This document shows, one piece after another, positions 41,447-49,700 of a DNA stretch of 61,317 nt; position 1 is the first letter of the stretch; every line of letters starts with the position of its first letter. A program made the translations under genes and the position numbers. This DNA is from Thermoplasmata archaeon (GTDB lineage Archaea > Thermoplasmatota > Thermoplasmata > RBG-16-68-12 > JAFNFQ01), in assembly GCA_041489255.1 (NCBI GenBank), contig JBGPQV010000017.1, positions 1 to 61,317 of the forward strand, written 5' to 3'. The notes beneath the pieces were generated by a model, which did no database searches, was not told where the DNA came from, and saw nothing but the letters and a program-made list of their open reading frames with translations.

Positions 41447-42472
41447 ATGTCAGGTCGGGGGAGGAAGGTGGCAAGATCGCCAGCGTCGCCAGACGGTACC
41501 CGCTCCGCTTCTGAGTCGGAAGTGCAGAGGGCATTTGAGGAGAGTTTTCAAAGGAGTCTGGCGGAGGAGCCGTGGATGGGCGCGGGCCTCTACGGCACGT
41601 ACCTGAGCTCCCCCGACGATATCCGTCGCAGCTTCCTGGACCTCTGGCCCCGCCTCGATGGCATCTTGGAGAGATCAATCGATCCGGCATCCGCCCTGAA
41701 GGACATCGGTGATCTGATCGTCTACGAAATCCCCGACGGAACGCGCACGACGCTCAGCACGAACGAAAAGATCGACGTCGAGCTGGACGCGGGCATGTGG
41801 TGCCTCTCGTTCATCCACACACTCCGCTCGCTAGGAGCGAAAAAGGCGGTGCTGATGACGCACACCTCCTACAACCGGCAGAGAGGCGAGGGGGAGATGG
41901 AGCGGATTATATCCGTCATAGAGAGGGGGATTGCTCCGGTGGCCGACTACTGCGAGAAGAACGACATCAACGCGAGGCTGGTCGGCCTGAGCGACGAGTA
42001 CGAGCTGAGCGAGAGCCTCAGAGCCGCTTTCCCCGAGAGGAAGGGAGCGGACTTCGAGGTCTTCTTCCTCATCGACTACAGAGAGGAGTGCTTCCTGGAG
42101 GAAAAGGGCAAGGAGCTCATGTCGCGGCTCCCGGATGTTGACGTCGTCGTGAGGCACACGAAGATGCACATATCCGGCGGCTGGCTCCCCACGAAGACCC
42201 TGCGCTCGACCTACCTCTACTGCCAGAACGGGACCGTGTACACCAACTGGACGTTCGACGAGCACGTTTCTCTCGTCGGGGCGGCGCTCCTGGCGAAGTA
42301 CCTGAACCAGGGGGAGATGCTTGTCAAGACCTATCCCTCGGTCGACGATGTCAAGAAGAGGTACCAGAAGAGGGAGCTGAGTCTTTCCAACCGTGTCGTC
42401 AAGGTCCGAGAGGCCCCGAGGAAGCTCTACGTCATGGGGTCCCCGTGGGGCCTGGTCCAGCTCTACTACTAG
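41447..42472 (+). CDS. Divergent cis-prenyltransferase (UPPS)-fold protein
   Basis: IPDGTR, HTSYNRQRGEGEM and PDVDVVVRH occur in the order of cis-PT regions I, III and V. Confidence 0.55.
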   Translation: MSGRGRKVARSPASPDGTRSASESEVQRAFEESFQRSLAEEPWMGAGLYGTYLSSPDDIRRSFLDLWPRLDGILERSIDPASALKDIGDLIVYEIPDGTRTTLSTNEKIDVELDAGMWCLSFIHTLRSLGAKKAVLMTHTSYNRQRGEGEMERIISVIERGIAPVADYCEKNDINARLVGLSDEYELSESLRAAFPERKGADFEVFFLIDYREECFLEEKGKELMSRLPDVDVVVRHTKMHISGGWLPTKTLRSTYLYCQNGTVYTNWTFDEHVSLVGAALLAKYLNQGEMLVKTYPSVDDVKKRYQKRELSLSNRVVKVREAPRKLYVMGSPWGLVQLYY

Positions 42473-43526
42473 ATGAGAGCGAGCGCTGTCTCCGCGCCGC
42501 GACTCTTCTCTCTCGTTCCTCGTCGTCCATGGCGAGCGTCCCTCGCACCAGGCCCTCGAGCTCGTCGCCGAGTCTCTTCATCTCGACGGTGTACGCCGAC
42601 ACTGGGTTCTCAGCGCCGCCGAGAATCGCCCGGGATGCCGCCTCGGCGCTGCCGATGGCGTATCCGATCCCCTCCCCCGTCAGCGGATTGCCCAGCCCCG
42701 CCGCGTCGCCGACAAGGAATACATTCCCGCTCCCGCAATGGATGCTGCCGAAAGGCGCGGAGTAACCCTCCAGATGAACAGGCTCCGCGACCCTCACCCC
42801 GCAGTCCCGGGCGAGCCAATCCCTCAGCCGGTCCATCCCCTCGCGCATTCGCGGCGGTCTCGTGCTGAGGATGCCCACGCCCAGACACAGCCTGTCGCCC
42901 TTGGGGATGAGGTACGAGTAGGTCGGGGACATGTCGCCGCGGTACATCATGTAGAAGCAGTCTTCGAGATTCCCGGACCTGGGATGGTATTCCTGCGCGT
43001 AGATGACGCGCTGGTCGACGGACCTGCGGGAGATCTTCTCGCGTATCTTCGAGTAGATCCCGTCGGCTCCGATGAGAAACCGGGCCGTCACCGCCGCCGC
43101 GCCATCCTTCGTGCTCAGCAGCACCTTCACGGCACGCCCGGATTCCTTGAAGGCGACGGCCTCGCAGTCGCGAAGCAGCTCGGCGCCATGACGCTCCGCG
43201 GACTCGGCCAGCCATGCGTCGAGCTCGCGCCGCTTGATGTTCAGCAGTTCCTCGCCGGGCACCTTGAATCCGTTTTCCATGCCGCTCGGCGGGACGACGA
43301 AGACGCCCAGCTTCCCGGGATCCTGGATCGCCTCGCGGGGCGGCCCCGACCCGAAGATCCTGACCATCAAATCCAAGCACACCTTGGACAGCAGTCCTCC
43401 GCAGACCTTGTCCCGCGGCGGGCCGCTCTTCTCCGCCAAGAGGACGGAGAGTCCGTTACCCGCAAGAATCCTGGATGCGGTAGAACCCGCCGGCCCCGCT
43501 CCAGCCACGACGACATCATAGTCCAG
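42432..43526 (-). CDS. Geranylgeranyl-reductase-family FAD oxidoreductase
   Basis: YDVVVAGAGPAG, RDKVCGG, GADG and LVGDAAG...NPLTGEGI. The Rossmann strand extends upstream of the ORF-track start. Confidence 0.88.
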   Translation of the reverse strand: MDYDVVVAGAGPAGSTASRILAGNGLSVLLAEKSGPPRDKVCGGLLSKVCLDLMVRIFGSGPPREAIQDPGKLGVFVVPPSGMENGFKVPGEELLNIKRRELDAWLAESAERHGAELLRDCEAVAFKESGRAVKVLLSTKDGAAAVTARFLIGADGIYSKIREKISRRSVDQRVIYAQEYHPRSGNLEDCFYMMYRGDMSPTYSYLIPKGDRLCLGVGILSTRPPRMREGMDRLRDWLARDCGVRVAEPVHLEGYSAPFGSIHCGSGNVFLVGDAAGLGNPLTGEGIGYAIGSAEAASRAILGGAENPVSAYTVEMKRLGDELEGLVRGTLAMDDEERERRVAARRQRSLSSSSRAGPGPTGTP

Positions 43527-44643
43527 TTTCAGGACGCGACCCCCGGGCGAAGAAGGCGTTGATCACCAGGTCGGTGTCTTGCGCCTCTTGGGCGATGCCG
43601 CGCCAATGCGTAAGGCTTTCGCCGTTCTTCGTCTCGAAAGTCGCGAGAATGTCCTTCATCTGCCTTCGGAGTATGTCGTTCTCTTCGCCTTTTATGACGA
43701 GCGCGAGGAAGGTGAATTTGCCTCTCTCTATCAGTATTTTCAGGTCCTTCTGCTCGATCTTCGTCAGCCACTTGCCTCCCAGAGAGGGGAACGACGTCCT
43801 CATGAAGTTCTGTATCACGTCGAGCGTGGCGGAGAAGATGTCCTTGTCGACCTTCATCTCGGTCATGGACGACCTCGACACGATTAGGGTGCCGTCCGCG
43901 TGCACGAGGTACGTTGCCAGGACCTCGTAGCGGCCGCTCGCTAGGTACTTCGCCGCGTTCGCAACTTTCTCACGGGTGAGCGGCAGGACCACGAGGAGTG
44001 TCGCCAGCGCGGGGATCGCGATGACTGTGGAAAAGATGGGCACCGTGTCGATGCCAACGGCGTTGAAGTACGCGTTCGTCCCGAGGCCGACGGCGAGGCT
44101 GGCAAGAAGCGCGAACATGATGCCCAGGGTCCGTGAGGCTATCGTGCGGCTCATCTTCTTCGCGGCGACATGAGCTCTGTACATGTTCATTATCCCGATC
44201 TCGAGATAGACGACTATGTAGACGAGCCATGCGAGGTAGACCTCTTGATGGTAGGTTACGACCCAGCCCCATGTGGTTTGCTGGACGCCGCTCACCATCC
44301 CTATCCAGACCGCCGACAGGCAGATGAGCCCCGGGACCGCAGATACGAGGTACCAGTCCTTCATGCGTCGGAGGAACAATGTTGTGAAGAGGAGGAAGAA
44401 GAGGACGGACAGGGTGAGAGAGCTTATGCTCAACTTCGCGGCGAAGACTGCCCGCTCGTAGTTCGGCGCCGTGAAGAATAGGAAGTCCGACAGGGCGTAG
44501 GTGCCGGCGAAGAAGAAGCCCGCCAGGAAGAAGGACTCGGTCCATGTCTTGAAGCGGTCCCTCAATATCTGGACCGCGACGATGGCGTACATCAGCGCGG
44601 CCGACACCAAGGGCAGATTCCGCAGCACCTCTTCGAAGATCAA
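43516..44643 (-). CDS. 7TM (HisKA_7TM-like) sensor fused to a longin/roadblock-like domain
   Basis: Seven TM helices, then YLVHADGTLI...DIFSATLDVIQNFMRTSF...KILIERG; no kinase motifs. Confidence 0.7.
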   Translation of the reverse strand: MIFEEVLRNLPLVSAALMYAIVAVQILRDRFKTWTESFFLAGFFFAGTYALSDFLFFTAPNYERAVFAAKLSISSLTLSVLFFLLFTTLFLRRMKDWYLVSAVPGLICLSAVWIGMVSGVQQTTWGWVVTYHQEVYLAWLVYIVVYLEIGIMNMYRAHVAAKKMSRTIASRTLGIMFALLASLAVGLGTNAYFNAVGIDTVPIFSTVIAIPALATLLVVLPLTREKVANAAKYLASGRYEVLATYLVHADGTLIVSRSSMTEMKVDKDIFSATLDVIQNFMRTSFPSLGGKWLTKIEQKDLKILIERGKFTFLALVIKGEENDILRRQMKDILATFETKNGESLTHWRGIAQEAQDTDLVINAFFARGSRPETGL

Positions 44644-44745
44644 GCCTTATCCTCCCGCCTATTGCCAAGCGGACGAGCGTGGATACGGATTTCGCATCTA
44701 GAGAGGTTTGCCTTAATGGTGTCGGGCAGATTCTCAATCAGCGCA

Positions 44746-46521
44746 CTATGAGGGCTCCGGGGGCGGCGGCTCCTCCTTGATGGTCCTCAGCTGCGCCCTG
44801 TACATCTCGAGGAGCTCCTCGTCTGTCGTCGCGTCCTCGGGCTTCTTGTCGTCCCGCCACTTGCCTGTGAATCGGGGGAACCTCACCGCCAGGCCGGAAT
44901 CCGCGCGGACAGAGCCGATGGCGCAGGTGTGCGTCGGGCTCAGTGTGATCTCCGCGCCGAGCACCTCCAGCACGATGGCGGGGTTGAACCAGAAGTCCGG
45001 CTGCATCCTCGAGACGACCCTGGCGGGCTTCTTGGGCACGCGGAAGGCCTTGAGCCTCTCCGGCAGGGCGAAGAGCGTCACGTCGTCGAACCCGCTGCCC
45101 AGCTTGCTCGTAGTCCTGAAGACGTCCGCCTTCTTGTCGTAGGCGGCCATGAGGAGGGCGCCGTATGTCCCAGCCCTCTTCCCCCGCCCCGAGAACGCGC
45201 CGACCACGACAAGGTCGACTGTGTCTGTCATCTCCGACTTGTAGTCGCGCTTGTACTTGATCCACTGGAAGCCGCGGGCCCCCGCCTCGTAGAACGACCC
45301 CGGGGCTTTCGCCACGATGCCCTCGCATCCGCCCTCTATGGCCTCATCGAAGAACGCCTGCGCCTCCTCGACCTTGTCGGTCGTGAGGGTCTTGGAGAGC
45401 CTAATCTTCTCGCTCGACTGTATCAGTCGCTCTAGCGAGCTGCGCCTCTCGGTGAGAGGCTTCATCGTCAGGTCGGTCCCGTCGCTGTAGAGGCAGTCGA
45501 ACAGGAACAGGTGGACTGGGTAGTCCAGCGCCATGACGTCGAGCTCGTACTTGCGCCCGCGCCGGCGCGAGACCTCCTGGAACGGCCTGAACTCGCCGGT
45601 GTTCGTGTCGATCGGCACCGCCTCGCCCTCGACTATGCAGGAACCGCCCTTGAACGCCTGGCGGAACTCATCCCTGATCTCCGGGAACTGCTCCGTGATG
45701 TCCTCGAGGTGGCGGGAGAAAATCCTCGTCTCCTTCTCCCCGACGTGCGCCTGCATCCTCAGCCCGTCGTACTTGTACTCCATGACTGTGAGGCCGATCT
45801 TCTCGATTATCTCCGCGAGGGAGGGGAGGCGCTCGCACAGCATCGCCCTGATCGGCCTGCCGAGCTTGAGGTGGATGTCAGAGAGCCCCGCCATGCCCTT
45901 CGTGGCCAGTGCCTTGGACACCTCGCCGAGGTCCGAGGAGACATTGTAGGCTCTCTCCACATCGTCCCTCCTCTCCTTTTCGCCGAACGTGACGGCAAGA
46001 GCGTCGACTATCGTCATGTCCGCGATGCCCAGGCGCATCTTGCCAATGACAGTGCGGATGATGTACTTGGCCTCCAGCGGCGTCGCATCATGGAGGAGCT
46101 CCGCGAGCTTGCGCATCTTCACGTCCTGGGAACCGCCGCCGGCCGCGCGCGCGATGTCCGCGAAGTTCTGGTAGACGCGCGAGACGGTGAGCTTCTCGCT
46201 GAAGAGGGAAGTCTGCTTCTTTCCCGCCACGGCCTGCTCCGCGACAAGGCCCATGTCTCCCAGCTCGTGCCAGAGGGATTCCAGGCGCTCATCTGAAACC
46301 CCAGTGGTGAAGTTGAGCGTCTTCAGGACGAGCTTCTCCGCGAGGCCGAGTTCGATCCCCGAGTAGTCGGGGTAGACCCTGCCCTGGGTCAGGTAGACCG
46401 CCTTGTCGATAATCTCTGGCGGCACCGCCTTGAACAGCTCGACGAGGAGGTCGGTCATCTCCAGGCGTTTGGTCGTCGCTTCTATCCTCTCGTAGATTTC
46501 GACGAGCTTGGAGTATTCCAT
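44746..46521 (-). CDS. lig: ATP-dependent DNA ligase
   Basis: EYKYDG, EGIVAK, WIKYKRDY and RFPRF motifs. Confidence 0.97.
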   Translation of the reverse strand: MEYSKLVEIYERIEATTKRLEMTDLLVELFKAVPPEIIDKAVYLTQGRVYPDYSGIELGLAEKLVLKTLNFTTGVSDERLESLWHELGDMGLVAEQAVAGKKQTSLFSEKLTVSRVYQNFADIARAAGGGSQDVKMRKLAELLHDATPLEAKYIIRTVIGKMRLGIADMTIVDALAVTFGEKERRDDVERAYNVSSDLGEVSKALATKGMAGLSDIHLKLGRPIRAMLCERLPSLAEIIEKIGLTVMEYKYDGLRMQAHVGEKETRIFSRHLEDITEQFPEIRDEFRQAFKGGSCIVEGEAVPIDTNTGEFRPFQEVSRRRGRKYELDVMALDYPVHLFLFDCLYSDGTDLTMKPLTERRSSLERLIQSSEKIRLSKTLTTDKVEEAQAFFDEAIEGGCEGIVAKAPGSFYEAGARGFQWIKYKRDYKSEMTDTVDLVVVGAFSGRGKRAGTYGALLMAAYDKKADVFRTTSKLGSGFDDVTLFALPERLKAFRVPKKPARVVSRMQPDFWFNPAIVLEVLGAEITLSPTHTCAIGSVRADSGLAVRFPRFTGKWRDDKKPEDATTDEELLEMYRAQLRTIKEEPPPPEPS

Positions 46522-46705
46522 CCGGGAGCGCGAAAGCCCTGAGGGGTAATAAGAAGTCGGTCTGCCGGAGGATTCCCTCTATTATTCCACGTGATAATAC
46601 TCTCATGGAGAGCGGGATGTCCCACTAAGCATTCTTCCGGCATAAAGACCAAATAGACTCCGGACAATGGTCTAGCAAGACGCGGGGGTAGAGCGCATCC
46701 ATTCA

Positions 46706-49700
46706 GTGCGGCCAGCACGTGGGCATAGCGAGAGACTTCGAGTGCGCTTGGTTTCTTTTGCGTTCGCTGTCGCACTTGCGATGGAATTCTTTGCGATGGC
46801 AGGGACTCGGGCGGTGGGCGCGCCGAGTGCGATTGAGAAGACTAGTGTCGAAAACATCGCTGCACAGAGTCTGGGCTCACCCGCTGGCTACTTCATCGAG
46901 AATCGTGGCCAGATGGCGGGGGGAGTCCGATACTATGCTCTCGGCAATCCCTCGATAGGATTCAGAGACGATGGCGTGATGTTCGTGGTGCGGGAGTCTG
47001 CCGGCACCGCGCGCGACTTGTTCGATTCTCGACATGAATCGAGAATCATAGCTTACCTGATGAGATTCGACGGTGCGCGTGTCGCCGCGCCGGCAGGGAG
47101 AGGATTGGCGCCGCACACGAGCAACTTCTTCTTCGGAAACGACCCAGCCCAGTGGAATGTCGATGTACCAAATTATGGAGAGGTGGTGTACAGCGATATC
47201 TATGACGGTGTGAACGTGGTCTACCGTCTGGGCCCGACCGGTCTGAAGTACGATCTCATTCTGCAGCCCGGAGCGGATATTGGACAGATCGAAATCGCCT
47301 ACGATGGTATCGAAGGAATAGCCGTTGGCGGCAATGATGCGATTGTCAAGACTGCACTCGGCGAGATTCGCGACAGCCTGCCCCGCTCCTATCAGGCGGA
47401 TGGTGGGAGCGTCAGCTGCGCGTTCGCAAGTAGAGGAACATTCTCCTACGGGTTCAAGTGCGATGGATGGGACAGGACGAGCGCTCTGACGATCGACCCG
47501 CTGGTGTACTCCACGTTCCTGGGCGGGACCCAGGGTGACTATGGGAATTCGATCAAGGTCGACTCGGCCACCGGGGATGCGTATGTGGCGGGGTACACCG
47601 GGTCCACGGACTTCCCCACTACCCCAGGCAGCTACCGCGAGACAACCACCCTCACGGGCAGCGGGTTCGTGACGAAGGTGGCTTGGAACGGGACCTACCT
47701 GATCTATTCGACCTACTTCGGCGGGATCGCATTTGACGGCGCGTTCTCGCTTGACATCGATTCAGCCGGCAGCGCGTACATCACTGGATACACGGAATCT
47801 TCGGACTTCCCGACAACGCCCGGCGCGTACAACAGGACGTACGCGGGAGGACCCAACTACGGGGCGGTCTTCGCCCTGAAGCTGAGCCCATCAGGCGATT
47901 CCCTCATTTACTCGACATACCTCGGCACCGGCGTCAGCCTAGCCATAGGAACCGTCGAGCGGCCCTATGCGATCGCTGTGGATGGTTCGGGGAACGCATA
48001 TGTGACAGGTCACACGACCATGCCGACTTTCCCGACAACCGCGGGGGCCTATGATAGGACCTTCAATGGCGGTGTGTACGATTCGTTCCTGACGAAGCTG
48101 AATGCGAGCGGAGATCGGCTGGTCTACTCGACATTCCTGGGCGGGAGCAGCTCAGACCATACGGTCTCGGTCGCCCTCGATTCGAGCAACAATGCCTATG
48201 TCACCGGGCTCACCGGCTCGGCGAACTACCCGACCACCGGCGGGGCCTACCAGACAACCTATGGAGGCGACATCTATGACGCCTTCGTGACGAAGGTGAA
48301 CGCGGCGGGAAGCGGCCTAGCCTATTCGACCTTCGTGGGCTCGCCGGGCATCGAGGAGTCCTACTCGATCGCTGTCGACGGAACGGGGTCCGCCTTCATC
48401 ACGGGCGTCGCCCGCGACAACAAGTATCCCACGACTGCCGGAGCTTACTCGGGGACGATGAACGGGCCTTGGGACGCGTTCGTCACGAAGCTCAATGCGG
48501 CAGGTTCAAACCTGGCCTATTCGACGTTCCTTGGCGGGACTCTTGGCGATGTAGGATACGCCATCTGCCTCGATCCCAATGGCCTCGCAGTCGTCACCGG
48601 CACCGCAGGGGATGGCGCGTTCCCGACCACGGCAGTCGCGTACGACAGGACCTTCAACGGTGGCATTTCTGATGTCTTCTTGACGAAGTTGAACGCGGGG
48701 GGAACCAACCTGGTCTACTCGACCTTCCTCGGAGGAATCGACCAGGAGCAGGGTTTGTCCGTCGCGGTCTCCTCGGCACGCGACGCCTATGTCACGGGAG
48801 ACGCGTGGTCCAGCGACTATCCGACGACACCCGACGCATTTGACACGACCTTGAGCGGCACGCCGAACGGCATGGTGACGAGGGTCGTCTTCACCAACAG
48901 CGGACCGACTGCCAACGCGGGCTCAGACTTCACTTTGCCTCGGAACTTCCGCGCGGACCTCAACGGCTCGGCGAGCTCTGACCCTGACGGCGACGTTCTG
49001 CACTTCGCGTGGACCCAGGTCGCTGGACCTCCCGCCACGATAAACAACGCGACACAGGCGGTCGCGTGGATCCAGCCGCAGTCCCTCGGCATCCACACCT
49101 TCATGCTCACGGTAAATGACTACTACGGCGCAGCGTCAACAGACAACGTCATCGTCACGGTGGTCAACGACCCGCCGGTCAGCAGCGCCGGCCCTGACGC
49201 TTTCAGCTACAGGAACACGGCGACCTACCTGGACGGGAGCGGGAGCAGCGACCCGAACGGGGACCCGCTCACATATGCGTGGACCCAGCTGCTCGGGCCC
49301 GACACCCCGACGATCAACGGCCCAGACCAGCCGAGGCCCTGGTTCGCCACGACCGTAATGGGGCTGTTCAGGTTCCAGCTGAACGTGTCCGACAACTATG
49401 GTGCCTATGACCTCGACACCGTGGACATCACCATCAGGAACCGCGCGCCCGTGGCGGATGCGGGTGTGGACCATTCGGGACGTCCTGCCGACCCGATAAT
49501 CCTGGACGGTTCCGCGACCTATGACCCCGACGGCGACGCGATCATCTACAGCTGGACGGAGCTGTCCGGACCTCCGGCGACCATAACGAACTCCACGCAG
49601 GCGGTGGCCTGGCTGAATACGTCAAACATCGGAGTCTTCCAGATGATGCTCGAGGCCCGCGACGCGTTCGCGGGGTGGACGCTGGACTTCGTCAACATCA

